Numbered from the stretch's first letter, positions 10,383 through 19,745 are shown. The stretch is 64,000 nt of DNA from Pirellulales bacterium (GCA_044342075.1 JBIIQM010000004.1:210-64209); one strand, 5' to 3'. The notes: generated by a model from the sequence alone, not told the origin. Made by a program: numbers and translations.

Positions 10383-10457
10383 GTAGGACAGGCTTCAGCC
10401 TGTCTCACGTAGGACAGGCCTCTGTGCCTGTCTCAGACAGGCTGAAGCCTGTCCTAC
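10383..10457. repeat. REP family A cluster (3 units: +, + variant, -)
   Basis: gtaggacaggcttcagcctgtc (10383..10404). The variant gtaggacaggcctctgtgcctgtc (10409..10432). The inverted gacaggctgaagcctgtcctac (10436..10457). The stop CTA of the 10454..11314 gene lies inside the last unit. Confidence 0.92.
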
Positions 10458-11314
10458 TTCAGGCGCTCTTCGAGGCTCGCCTTGTAGCGGACGCTTGATT
10501 CGGGGCCGCTGAAGCCGATCACGCGGCGGTCGATGCCGGTGGTGCGGCGGATGACCCGGCCGTGGTCGATGTCGAATTCCACCGTTCCGTCCCAGATCCG
10601 TTCGAGCAGCCGGGCCTCGAGCCGCGGGTCGTCGAGGGGCGTGAGCACGGTCGTGTCGACGTGGATCGTGGCGATGCCGTCGCGCACGGAGGCAATGTGG
10701 TAGCGGAGCCGCGTGCGCACGGCCTTGCGCGGGCCGTTGGGCACCTCGACGACAACCTCCTGGGGCACGGTCCATTCGGCTCCCTCCCGCACCTCGCCGT
10801 CCGGCAGCGGCACGACCATCAGATCGCCCGTGTTGGACGGGGGGCTTGGCCGCAGATCCTGCCGGGAAAGCACTCGGCCGACGCGGTCGATCGTGAGCCG
10901 CGAGAGCGGCACGCCGAGGCTCTGCTTCACGGTCTCGTAGCCCGGAGGGGGCGGCTCGTCGCCACTGCTGCTCCAGCGGACCTGCCCCTTGTCGCTCGTC
11001 CGCGAGGTCATCGTCACGCCATCCACCGAGTGTTCGATCGTGGCATGGCCTTCCGCATCGACGGTGGTGACGGTCCAGATCTTGGTCGAGTCGGTGGCGG
11101 TCTCGGTGGACTGTGTCGTGCCGGCGATCGTCGTCTCCGTGAGGGCTCGGTGGGTCACGTCCATGACGAGCCGATCGCCCGCCTGATACCGATAGCGGAG
11201 GCGGACGGCTGCGCCGGCGTCCGTCTCGGCGGCATGGAGTCCCGCGACCGACAAGCCGCCGAGGAGCGCCGCGACGGCAAGCGATGCGGCGGCGGATCGC
11301 TTGCGGCGGATCAT
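10454..11314 (-). CDS. Secreted hypothetical protein
   Basis: MIRRKRSAAASLAVAALLGGLSVAGLHA signal-like N-terminus. Good GC3 bias. The start overlaps the nadK stop (ATGA at 11311..11314). No recognisable motif. Confidence 0.7.
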   Translation of the reverse strand: MIRRKRSAAASLAVAALLGGLSVAGLHAAETDAGAAVRLRYRYQAGDRLVMDVTHRALTETTIAGTTQSTETATDSTKIWTVTTVDAEGHATIEHSVDGVTMTSRTSDKGQVRWSSSGDEPPPPGYETVKQSLGVPLSRLTIDRVGRVLSRQDLRPSPPSNTGDLMVVPLPDGEVREGAEWTVPQEVVVEVPNGPRKAVRTRLRYHIASVRDGIATIHVDTTVLTPLDDPRLEARLLERIWDGTVEFDIDHGRVIRRTTGIDRRVIGFSGPESSVRYKASLEERLK

Positions 11315-12240
11315 GAGCCCTCGTGCCCGTGGGCGGCCCGTGGGGCTGCGGCTTCGGCCCGCATGCCGCCCCAGGCCAGTTTCTCGCGCAGCGTGCGGTA
11401 ATAGCCGTGATCCTGTGTCTCCACGAGCGCGAATCGCGGCACCGCGCGGCGGATGCGGATGCTGTCGCCTGCGGCGAGGGAGGTGATGACGCGGCCATCG
11501 ACCATGCAGGCCGAGCCGGCGTTGGGCCGGGGTACGCAGAGCTCGTAGACCCGAGCGGCCGAATCGATCACGGTGCGGTTGGTCAGGGTGTGGGGATTGA
11601 GCGGTGTGAACACGAAGGCATCGAGGTCCTTCCGCACGATCGGCCCGCCGGCCGAGAGGTTGTAGGCGGTCGAACCGACCGGCGTGCTCACGATCAGCCC
11701 GTCGGCGCGGTAGGTGGTGGCCAGTTCTTCATCGACGTGGAGCTGGATCTCGATCATCGAGAAGGGCGGCCCCGCGAGAATCGCCACCTCGTTGAGGCCG
11801 AGCTCCCGCTGCAGCACTCGGCCGCCGCGGAGCAGTTCGCACTCGAGCAAAAGATGCTCCACGAGACGAAACCGGCCGGCGGCGATCTCGTCGAGCGCCG
11901 GCTCCACCTCCTGCCGAGAGAAGTCGGCAAGAAAGCCGAGGGCGCCCAAATTCACACCGAGCACCGGCACCTGTTCGTAGCCCATCCAGCGGGCGGTGCG
12001 CAGGATCGAGCCGTCGCCGCCGAGCACGACGACGAGGTCCGCGTCTCCCGGGAACGGGCCCCCGCCCCATGATTCGCGGGCGGCGAGCAGGCAGCGAGTC
12101 TGGTGGCCGCGGGCCGCCAATAGCGCCTCGACGCGTCGGGCTTCCTCGTCCACTCCCGCGAGGCCGGCCGGGCCCACGATCAGGATGCGCAAGCATGCCG
12201 GCGGCGGCTCGTGCGGTTGCAATCGCGAGGGGCTGGTCAT
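11311..12240 (-). CDS. nadK: NAD+ kinase
   Basis: ORF 11311..12291, with an ATG at 12240. GGDGS motif (VVVLGGDGSILRTAR) and conserved C-terminal core (ADGLIVSTPVGSTAYNLSAGGPIV). Confidence 0.9.
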   Translation of the reverse strand: MTSPSRLQPHEPPPACLRILIVGPAGLAGVDEEARRVEALLAARGHQTRCLLAARESWGGGPFPGDADLVVVLGGDGSILRTARWMGYEQVPVLGVNLGALGFLADFSRQEVEPALDEIAAGRFRLVEHLLLECELLRGGRVLQRELGLNEVAILAGPPFSMIEIQLHVDEELATTYRADGLIVSTPVGSTAYNLSAGGPIVRKDLDAFVFTPLNPHTLTNRTVIDSAARVYELCVPRPNAGSACMVDGRVITSLAAGDSIRIRRAVPRFALVETQDHGYYRTLREKLAWGGMRAEAAAPRAAHGHEGS

Positions 12241-12297
12241 GGAGGGCTGTCCGGCAGGCGATGGAAAAAGGTCATCGCGGGCTCGTTCCACGGGCGC

Positions 12298-14223
12298 TCA
12301 CGGGCAGGGCACGTTCGGCCGGGCCGCGGCCGCGAGCGAGCGGCAGGTCTTGGCGATGCCGGCGGCGTCGAGCCCGAGATCGGCGAGCAGCTCGCCCCGC
12401 TCGCCATGCTCGACGAACCGATCGGGGAGTCCGAGCCTGACGATCGGGCCGCAGGTGATCCGAGCGTCGTTGACGGCCTCGAGCAGGGCGCTGCCGAAGC
12501 CGGTGGGCAGGGCGTTTTCCTCGACCGTGACGACCCACGGGGCCGCCTCGATCCGTTCGAGAAACGCGCTCGTGTCGAGCGGCTTCACGAAGCGGGCGTT
12601 GACGACGCCCACCTCGAGCCCGCTTTCCCGCAGCAGGCGGGCCGCCTCGAGGGCGCCGCCCAGGAGCGTGCCGCAGGCGACGATGAGGCCGTCGCTGCCT
12701 TCGAGAAGCGGCTCCGGGCGACCGGCTGCGATCGGAGTTCGCGTGCCGCCATGCGTCTCGACCACGGCCTTCGGATAGCGGATGGCGACGGGGCCATTCT
12801 GCTCCAGCGCCCAGTCGAGCATCGCGGTCAGGTCGTGCTCGTCTCCCGGCGCCAGCACGGCCATGTTGGGGAAGAGCCGCAGGTAGCCGAGATCGAAGGC
12901 GCCGTGGTGGGTCGGGCCGTCGGGGCCGGTGAGGCCGGCGCGGTCGAGCATGAACACGACCGGCAGGTTCTGCAGGCAGACCTCCTGGAAGATCTGGTCG
13001 AACGACCGCTGCAGGAACGTGCTGTAGATGTCGACGATCGGACGGCAGCCCACCTTGGCCTGACCGGCGGCAAAGGCAACGGCATGCGACTCGCAGATGC
13101 CGACGTCGAAGAAGCGGTCGGGAAACTCCTCGCGCACCGGCTCGAGCTTGTTGCCCTGGCACATCGCCGCCGTGAGCACGGTCACCCGCTTGTCGCGCCG
13201 CATGCAGTCGCCGATCGCGGCGCTCGCCACGTCGGTGTAGGCGCGGGAAGACGATTTCTTGATCGAGACGATGCAGTCGTCGTCGTCGCACTCGAACGGC
13301 GCGGGCGTGTGGAAGAAGACCGGGTCGGCCTCTGCCGGCTTGAAGCCGTGCCCCTTCTCGGTGAGCACGTGGAGCAGCACCGGCCCCTCCTCGTCCTTCA
13401 CGAGTTCCAGGTAGCGGATGAGGTTGGGCAGCGAATGCCCCTCGACCGGGCCGAAGTAGCGGACCCCCATCGCCTCGAAGAGCATGCCGCCGTGGAGCGT
13501 GGCCTTGATCGAATCCTTGGCCTTGCCCAGCATCCGTTCCATCTGCTCGCCCACCATCGGCACGCCCTTGATGATCTCGCCGGCCTGGTGCTTGAGGCCG
13601 CGATACCACGGGTTGGTGCGGACCACATCGAGATACTCGGCGAGGGCGCCGACCCGCGGGCAGATCGACATCTTGTTGTCGTTCAAGATCACGAGCAGCC
13701 GCTTCTTGAGGAAGCCGGCGTTGTTGAGCGCCTCGAAGACAATCCCCGAAGGCAGGGCGCCGTCGCCGATCACCGCCACGGAATGGCGGTCGCCGCGGCC
13801 GCAGAGATCGTCGCCGCTGGCGAGCCCGAGCGCCGTCGACACGCTCGAGCCGGCGTGGCCGGTCATGAAGAGGTCGTAGGGGCTCTCGTCGGGATTCGGG
13901 TAGCCCATCAGGCCGCCCTTCGTGCGGATCGTGCCGAAGCGGGCGAACCGCCCCGTGATCAGCTTGTGCGGATAGATCTGGTGGCCCGTGTCCCAGATCA
14001 GCCGGTCGCGGCTGAAGTCGAAGACGCGGTGCAGCGCGATGCAAAGCTCCACGACGCCGAGATTCGAGGCAAAGTGGGCCGTTCGGCTGGTCACCACTTC
14101 GCAGAGGGCCCGCCGCATCTCGGCGGCCAACTGCTCGAGCTCGGCCATCGACAGCCCCGCCAGGTCCTGAGGCGACAGGATCGATGGGAGGATCGCGGCG
14201 GGGAGGGGTTGCTTCTCTGGCAT
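12298..14223 (-). CDS. dxs: 1-deoxy-D-xylulose-5-phosphate synthase
   Basis: 641 aa. N-terminus LSPQDLAGLSMAELEQLAAEMR. Thiamine-diphosphate motif (VIGDGALPSGIVFEALNNAG). Full-length similarity pattern to Dxs. Confidence 0.95.
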   Translation of the reverse strand: MPEKQPLPAAILPSILSPQDLAGLSMAELEQLAAEMRRALCEVVTSRTAHFASNLGVVELCIALHRVFDFSRDRLIWDTGHQIYPHKLITGRFARFGTIRTKGGLMGYPNPDESPYDLFMTGHAGSSVSTALGLASGDDLCGRGDRHSVAVIGDGALPSGIVFEALNNAGFLKKRLLVILNDNKMSICPRVGALAEYLDVVRTNPWYRGLKHQAGEIIKGVPMVGEQMERMLGKAKDSIKATLHGGMLFEAMGVRYFGPVEGHSLPNLIRYLELVKDEEGPVLLHVLTEKGHGFKPAEADPVFFHTPAPFECDDDDCIVSIKKSSSRAYTDVASAAIGDCMRRDKRVTVLTAAMCQGNKLEPVREEFPDRFFDVGICESHAVAFAAGQAKVGCRPIVDIYSTFLQRSFDQIFQEVCLQNLPVVFMLDRAGLTGPDGPTHHGAFDLGYLRLFPNMAVLAPGDEHDLTAMLDWALEQNGPVAIRYPKAVVETHGGTRTPIAAGRPEPLLEGSDGLIVACGTLLGGALEAARLLRESGLEVGVVNARFVKPLDTSAFLERIEAAPWVVTVEENALPTGFGSALLEAVNDARITCGPIVRLGLPDRFVEHGERGELLADLGLDAAGIAKTCRSLAAAARPNVPCP

Positions 14224-14250
14224 GGCGTGAGGCGTCCTTTGCGTGCGAGC

Positions 14251-15219
14251 CTAATGATCGCGGGCGACGATCCAGCGTGCCAGCGCCGTGAGTTCCGCGG
14301 CGGCGTCACCGAGGCCGGCGACGGCAATGGCCGCCTCCTCCGCCAACGCGAGGCCGCGGGCGCGGCTGGGCTCGAGACCGACCACCGTGGGAAACGTGAG
14401 CTTGCCTCTCGCGGCATCCTTGCCCACCCGTTTGCCGAGCGCCGTCTCGTTGCCCTCGGCATCGAGGAGGTCGTCAGCGATCTGGAAGGCGAGACCGAAC
14501 GCGCGGCCGTACGACGCGAGCATCGCCAGCCGCCCCGCATCGGTACCGGCCGACAGGCCTCCGAGCTCGAGAGCGGCCAGGAAGAGCGCGCCCGTCTTGC
14601 GCCGGTGCACCCGCTCGAGCCACTGCACTTGTTCGGCGGCGGGGCTCGCGGTCATGTCGGGGATCCAGCCGCGCTCGGCGGCCAGATCGTCGGCCTGACC
14701 GCCGACGAGCGCCTCGGCGCCGGCGGCGCTGGCAAGCACGAGGCAGCCGCGGGCCGCGGTCGCCGCCGGCATGCCGCGGGCGAGCGTTTCGAAAGCGAGG
14801 GACTGGAGCGCATCGCCGCAGAGGATCGCGGTCGCCTCGTCGAAGGCGCGGTGGCAGGTGGGTCGGCCGCGGCGCAGGTCGTCGTCGTCCATGGCCGGCA
14901 GGTCGTCATGCACGAGCGAATAGGCGTGGATCATCTCGACGGCCACGGCGGCCGGAGCGGCGGTCTCCCAATCGCCTCCGCAGGCGCGAGCCGCCCAGAG
15001 CACGAGCGCCGGCCGCAGCCGCTTGCCCGGCGCGAGCAGGGAATAGCGCATCGAGTCGAGCAGCCGGGGGGCCGCATCGCCGGAGAGTTGCAACGCCGCC
15101 CCGAGCCGGGGCTCGATGAATGTCTTCACCCGCTCCAGTGCGGCCACGATGTCGCCGCTCGGAGCAGGAGGCTCACCCGACCCGCTCGCCAGCCTGCCGG
15201 CCGTCTGGCAGCTTGCCAT
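14251..15219 (-). CDS. ispA: Polyprenyl (farnesyl/geranylgeranyl) diphosphate synthase
   Basis: First Asp-rich motif LVHDDLPAMDDDDLRRG and second FQIADDLLD. Lies between xseB and dxs, as in the E. coli xseB-ispA-dxs operon. Chain-length specificity is not determinable. Confidence 0.88.
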   Translation of the reverse strand: MASCQTAGRLASGSGEPPAPSGDIVAALERVKTFIEPRLGAALQLSGDAAPRLLDSMRYSLLAPGKRLRPALVLWAARACGGDWETAAPAAVAVEMIHAYSLVHDDLPAMDDDDLRRGRPTCHRAFDEATAILCGDALQSLAFETLARGMPAATAARGCLVLASAAGAEALVGGQADDLAAERGWIPDMTASPAAEQVQWLERVHRRKTGALFLAALELGGLSAGTDAGRLAMLASYGRAFGLAFQIADDLLDAEGNETALGKRVGKDAARGKLTFPTVVGLEPSRARGLALAEEAAIAVAGLGDAAAELTALARWIVARDH

Positions 15220-15299
15220 GCTCGGGTCCTAACGGTGAAAAAAGAAGGCGGAAGAAATGCGTTTCGGCCGCGAGACGGACTCAACGCCGACTTGAAAGT

Positions 15300-15692
15300 C
15301 TAAGCCTCATCGCTTGCATCGTCCATCCCGGGGAGGCTCTTGGCGCGGGAGGCTTTGGCGCCGGTCGCCCCGCGACCGCCGGCTTTTTTCGCGGGGGCGG
15401 GCGGTTCCGTGGCGGCGGGCAAAGCCCCGAGCACGGGCCTCCCATCCTCGTCGATCCGCACGAGCATTTTCACCCGCTCTTCCACGGCCGATAGCTCTTC
15501 GTGCAGACGCCGCAGGATGGTCACGCCTCGTTCGTAGGCGGCGATCGACTCCGAGAGTCCGAGACCGCCTGACTCGAGCTTCATCACGGTGTCGCCGAGC
15601 GCGGCCAGCGACTCTTCAAACGAGGAGGTCTGCCCGGAGTTTGACGATTGGGCCGCGGCGCGCGGCGCGGTATCGCGATCAGGTGTGGCCAT
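15300..15692 (-). CDS. xseB: Exodeoxyribonuclease VII small subunit
   Basis: ORF 15300..15731, with an ATG at 15692. Core FEESLAALGDTVMKLESGGLGLSESIAAYERGVTILRRL is typical XseB. Has a C-terminal low-complexity tail. Overlaps the xseA stop. Confidence 0.85.
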   Translation of the reverse strand: MATPDRDTAPRAAAQSSNSGQTSSFEESLAALGDTVMKLESGGLGLSESIAAYERGVTILRRLHEELSAVEERVKMLVRIDEDGRPVLGALPAATEPPAPAKKAGGRGATGAKASRAKSLPGMDDASDEA

Positions 15693-16968
15693 CGAGTGAG
15701 GTCCTTTCCACGCGGCTCCAGAGCCGCCCATTGGCGAGGTGGGTGACGATTTCCATGCCGGGAGTGGCGTCGGCCGCCGAGGTCAGCACCGTCTGGCGGT
15801 CGGCACGTTGCGTGACGGAGTAGCCGCGGGCGAGCACCTTCAGGGGACTGTTGGCGTCGAGCCGCGCGGCGGCGGCGGCGAGTCGTTCCCGCGCGCGATC
15901 GACCGTCGCGAGCGTGAGCCGGCGGAGCCGGCCCGCCTGGTCGGTGAGCGCCGTGCGTCGGTCCCGGATCAGCCGCTCGGGCTCGGCGAAGAACCTCGAT
16001 CGAGCGAGCTGGCCGATCCGCTCGCGCGAGGATTCGATCCGGCGCAGCAGGGCGGCCCGGAGTCGTGGGCCGAACGCATCGAGTTGGGACGTGAGCTGCC
16101 GGCCATCGGGCGAGACCTGCACGGCGGCATCGGTGGGGGTGAGGGCCCGGCGATCGGCGGCGAGGTCGGCGAGCGAGACGTCGATCTCGTGCCCCACGCC
16201 GCAGACGATCGGTATCGGCGAGGCGGCCACGGCCCGCACGAGCACCTCTTCGTTGAAGGCCCAGAGGTCTTCGAGGCTGCCGCCACCCCGCACCAGCGCG
16301 ATGACCTCGGGCCGCGGCTCGAGGCGAGCGGCAAGGCCGAGGGCCGCCGCCAATTCCTCCGCCGCCCCGGCGCCTTGCACCCTTGCGGGCACCACGATCA
16401 CCTCGCTCGCCTTCCAGCGGCCGCGGAGCGTGGTCAGGAAATCGGCGATCGCCGCGCCCGTCGGGCTCGTGACCAGGGCGATGCGGCGCGGGAAGAGGGG
16501 GATCGGACGCTTGCGGGCCGCGGCGAAGAGGCCCTCGCGTTCGAGCAGTTGGTGGAGCGCCCGCAGCCGAGCCTCGAGCGTGCCGGTGCCCACGGCGTGC
16601 AGCCGGTCGATCGTCAATTGATACGTGCCGCGCGGCGGGTAGACCTCGAGCCGACCGTGGCAGATCACCTGCAGCCCGTCGGCTGGGTCGATGGCCAGCG
16701 TCTGGCGGGCGCCGCGCCAGATCACGGCCCGCATCACGGCGTCGTCGTCCTTGAGCGAAAGATAGATGTGGCCGGAGGAGGCGCGGACCAGATTCGAGAT
16801 TTCGCCGGCCACCCACACGTCGGCGAACCGGGTCTCGAGGTGCTCCTTGACGCAGAGAGTCACCTCCGACACGCTCATGACCTCCGCCGGAGGCTGACGC
16901 CGGTCGGCGGCCGGCGTTTCGTCCCAGCCGAAGGTCGAGTCGTCGCGCAGGCTCGTGTCGTCGCTCAT
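15679..16968 (-). CDS. xseA: Exodeoxyribonuclease VII large subunit
   Basis: OB-fold N-terminus (MSVSEVTLCVKEHLETRFADVWVAGEISN) and catalytic core (VTSPTGAAIADF, RGGGSLEDLWAFN). The start could instead be the internal ATG at 16878. Confidence 0.9.
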   Translation of the reverse strand: MSDDTSLRDDSTFGWDETPAADRRQPPAEVMSVSEVTLCVKEHLETRFADVWVAGEISNLVRASSGHIYLSLKDDDAVMRAVIWRGARQTLAIDPADGLQVICHGRLEVYPPRGTYQLTIDRLHAVGTGTLEARLRALHQLLEREGLFAAARKRPIPLFPRRIALVTSPTGAAIADFLTTLRGRWKASEVIVVPARVQGAGAAEELAAALGLAARLEPRPEVIALVRGGGSLEDLWAFNEEVLVRAVAASPIPIVCGVGHEIDVSLADLAADRRALTPTDAAVQVSPDGRQLTSQLDAFGPRLRAALLRRIESSRERIGQLARSRFFAEPERLIRDRRTALTDQAGRLRRLTLATVDRARERLAAAAARLDANSPLKVLARGYSVTQRADRQTVLTSAADATPGMEIVTHLANGRLWSRVERTSLDGHT

Positions 16969-16989
16969 CCCCGAAGTTTAGCAGGTTTC

Positions 16990-18285
16990 ATGGCCATGCC
17001 CGCCCCGACGAGCGATGTCTCCCCGAACGCCGTGACAACGCCCCGCGGCGCGCTGGCGGTCGTGTTCCTCACCGTGTTCATCGACCTGCTCGGCTTCGGC
17101 ATCGTGCTGCCGGTGATGCCGCGACAGGCCGAGCCGTATCTTTCGGCGCTGGGCCTCTCGCCGCTGGGCGTGGGGGCGATGATCGGCGTGCTGTTTTCCG
17201 TCTTCTCGCTGATGCAGTTTCTCTTCAGTCCCATCTGGGGCCGTCTGTCGGACCGCATCGGCCGGCGGCCCATGCTGATCCTGAGCCTCTTGGGGTCGGT
17301 CGTCTTCTACGCGGTCTACGGCCTGGCCGTCACGTTTCCAGTGGAGCAGGCGGCGACGGCGGTCGGCCTCATGCTTCTGTCGCGGATCGGTGCCGGCATC
17401 GCCGGGGCGAGCGTGGGCACGGCGGCGGCCGTGATCGCCGACTGCACGACTCCCGAACGCCGGGCCCGCGGCATGGCGCTCATCGGCATCGCCTTCGGCG
17501 CCGGCTTCACGCTCGGGCCGCTCATCGCCTATTTTGGCCTCGCGCTCTTTCGGCAACAGCCGTGGGGCGTTGGAGCGCTGGCCTCGCTGCTCTCGTTTGT
17601 GGCGCTCTTGATTGCGATCTTCGTCTTCAAGGAGACGCGGCGGCCCGGGAATTCCACCGCGAAGGAGTTTCCGAGCGTGTCGAGGACGGCCGCGGTGCTC
17701 GGCATGCCGGCGGTGGGCGCGCTTGTGCTCGTCTATTTTCTGGCGATCTTCGCCTTCGCCAATTTCGAGGCCACGCTCGCCCGGCTGACGAAGGAAGCCT
17801 TCGGAATGACCGACGACGACAACTTCCTCGTCTTCGCGTTCATCGGCGTCGTCTTGATGCTGGCCGGGGGCTTCTATCGCCCGCTGGCCAAGCGGCTGCC
17901 GGAGCACCGGCTCCTTGCCACGGGAATAGCGCTCATGATCCTGGGGCTCGGCGGCATGGGCGTGGTCGCGTGGCTCGTGTACCGGGATGCCGGCGCCCCA
18001 ATCCCGCCGGTGCTCGAAAACGTCTTCTATGCCGTGGCCGCGGTGTCCGTGGTGGGATTTGCGTTCGTGAATCCTTCGGTGTCGGCGCTGATTTCCCGCT
18101 CTGCCGATCCGGAGCGGCAAGGAGAGGTCCTGGGCGTGAACCAATCGTTCGCATCGCTGGGGCGGATCCTCGGCCCCTTCGCCGGCTCGATGCTCTTTGC
18201 GATGCATCCCTCGCGGACATTGCCCTACGCCGCCGCCATCGCCACGCTCTGCCTCGTCGCCGCCCTCCTCCCGCGCACAAAGTAA
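16990..18285 (+). CDS. MFS transporter (drug/H+ antiporter-like)
   Basis: In-frame ATG at 16990 inside the long ORF 15739..18285 (MAMPAPTSD...). Contains FLTVFIDLLGFGIVLPVMP and the motif-A-like GRLSDRIGRRP. About 12 predicted helices. Confidence 0.85.
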   Translation: MAMPAPTSDVSPNAVTTPRGALAVVFLTVFIDLLGFGIVLPVMPRQAEPYLSALGLSPLGVGAMIGVLFSVFSLMQFLFSPIWGRLSDRIGRRPMLILSLLGSVVFYAVYGLAVTFPVEQAATAVGLMLLSRIGAGIAGASVGTAAAVIADCTTPERRARGMALIGIAFGAGFTLGPLIAYFGLALFRQQPWGVGALASLLSFVALLIAIFVFKETRRPGNSTAKEFPSVSRTAAVLGMPAVGALVLVYFLAIFAFANFEATLARLTKEAFGMTDDDNFLVFAFIGVVLMLAGGFYRPLAKRLPEHRLLATGIALMILGLGGMGVVAWLVYRDAGAPIPPVLENVFYAVAAVSVVGFAFVNPSVSALISRSADPERQGEVLGVNQSFASLGRILGPFAGSMLFAMHPSRTLPYAAAIATLCLVAALLPRTK

Positions 18286-18326
18286 ACCGCTTGCAAAGTA
18301 AACCGCTTGCTCAGCAAGCGGATTAC
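18282..18326 (+). repeat. REP family B variant (GTAA head; half unit + full hairpin)
   Basis: gtaaaccgcttgc aaa gtaaaccgcttgc-tca-gcaagcggattac. The stem carries GC/GC where the other copies carry CG/CG. The TAA stop of the MFS gene (18283..18285) is inside the first head. Confidence 0.85.
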
Positions 18327-18350
18327 GAGCCGCCCGCATTGCCGCCGGAA

Positions 18351-18430
18351 CGGCAGAAGTCTCCTCGCGTTGTCCCTCGCGGACTCGGTTCAAAAGCTCG
18401 TCGAGCTTCCGCCGATTCCGGCGTTCAGCA
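18351..18430 (+). repeat. Repeat family D, internally deleted copy
   Basis: Shares cggcagaagtctcctcgcg and gctcgtcgagcttc.gccgat.cc with 6866..6998. Confidence 0.7.
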
Positions 18431-18436
18431 TCGAAA

Positions 18437-18458
18437 GTAGGACAGGCTTCAGCCTGTC
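18437..18458 (+). repeat. REP family A unit
   Basis: Exact gtaggacaggcttcagcctgtc. Confidence 0.92.
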
Positions 18459-18463
18459 TAAAA

Positions 18464-18492
18464 GTAGGCCGCTTGCGGAGCAAGCGGTCTAC
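18464..18492. repeat. REP family B unit, double-headed palindrome
   Basis: gtaggccgcttgc-gga-gcaagcggtctac. The stop CTA (18489..18491) of the FHA regulator lies in the CTAC end. Confidence 0.88.
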
Positions 18493-19745
18493 GGGCGGCT
18501 CTTCGTGAGGCCGTAGGCTTCGAGTTTCCGGCAGAGCGTCGCGCGGCTGATGCCGAGCTCTGCGGCGGCGTTGGGCACGCTGCCGCCGGTGCGCCGCAGC
18601 GCCTCGATCACGAGCACCCGCTGCCAGTCGCCTAGTTTCAGCGTGGCGGTCTCCGCAACGAACGAGCCGATGCGGGCCGCCGCGGGCGATTCGTCGGCGG
18701 TCGTGGGGATGATCCGTTCCAGACTTCCGATGTCCAAGCTGCCGGGCTCGAGGGCGATCGTGTGGTCGGCGTCGGCCGCGTCGTCATCGATGGCGTCGAG
18801 GTCGATCGTCTGCAGCGATGCGAGGTCTGCCGGCGGGGCTCCCGCCTGCGCCGGGCCCTGCGCGTGGCCGGCGCAGGCGGCAGCCGCGAGGCTCGCAAGC
18901 GCCACGAGGAAGTCGAAGTCGGCGCTGCGGAGCGCGCCCTTTGGCGCCGAGGCCGCGAGGGCCGCATGCACCCTGCCCGCCTCGACGATCGGCACGCAGG
19001 CGATTTCGACCGCATCGGCATCCCCGGCCGGCGCCGTCCAGACGGCGTTGCCTTCGCGGGCCACCAGCCGACAGGTCGATTCGCCGAGCAGCCGCGCCAG
19101 CGGGCTGCCGGGGGGCACGACGCAGACCGGTTCGAGCCGATCCTCGGCCCGCACGTTGAACCAGCCGACGCTCGCGGCACCGCAGTGCTCAGCGGCCAGT
19201 TCGAGCGTGGCGCCGATGACATCGCGGGTGCTCCGCGACGAAAGCAGGCGGATGCTCGCCTGATACAGGAGCAGGGGCCTCCGTGCGTCATCGCTCGAGC
19301 CGATCGACGAGCGGCGCAGGACGCTGCCCTCAAGCTGGGCGACAGGCCCGCACTTCACGAGCTGGCCGGATTCGCCGGCGGTCGGCGGGCGGGGTGTCGC
19401 CGCCGGACGCGCGATGCGAAAGGCGAGTTCCGCCGTGCCGATCCGGATCACCGCGCCGTCGGTGAGCGGCTGCGATGCAATCTGGGCGCCATCGACCCAG
19501 GTGCCGTTTCGGCTGCCGAGGTCGCGGATCATCCAGCGGCCGCCCTCGAAACGCACCGCCGCGTGGATTCGGCTGGCAAGCCGGTCGGCCAGCACGACGG
19601 AAGCATCCTGCGCCCTGCCGAGCGTGTTGTCGCGCGCCGGATCGAGCGCGAACGTCGGGCCGGCGCGGCCGGCGATTCGCAATTCGAGCGCCGCGGCGGG
19701 AGCGGTCGCGGAGCCGGTCTGTTCGCTGGTCGCTTCGTGGGACAC
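18489..19745 (-). CDS. FHA - GAF-like - Fis-type HTH transcriptional regulator
   Basis: Only the 3' part of ORF 18489..20810 is plausible, because the upstream part would overlap cbiX. The only canonical in-frame start before cbiX is the GTG at 19745 (VSHEATSEQ). FHA signature (GRAQDASVVLADRLASRIHA...RDLGSRNGTWVDG). C-terminal HTH (GSVPNAAAELGISRATLCRKLEAYGL). No AAA+ module is present. Confidence 0.7.
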   Translation of the reverse strand: MSHEATSEQTGSATAPAAALELRIAGRAGPTFALDPARDNTLGRAQDASVVLADRLASRIHAAVRFEGGRWMIRDLGSRNGTWVDGAQIASQPLTDGAVIRIGTAELAFRIARPAATPRPPTAGESGQLVKCGPVAQLEGSVLRRSSIGSSDDARRPLLLYQASIRLLSSRSTRDVIGATLELAAEHCGAASVGWFNVRAEDRLEPVCVVPPGSPLARLLGESTCRLVAREGNAVWTAPAGDADAVEIACVPIVEAGRVHAALAASAPKGALRSADFDFLVALASLAAAACAGHAQGPAQAGAPPADLASLQTIDLDAIDDDAADADHTIALEPGSLDIGSLERIIPTTADESPAAARIGSFVAETATLKLGDWQRVLVIEALRRTGGSVPNAAAELGISRATLCRKLEAYGLTKSRP

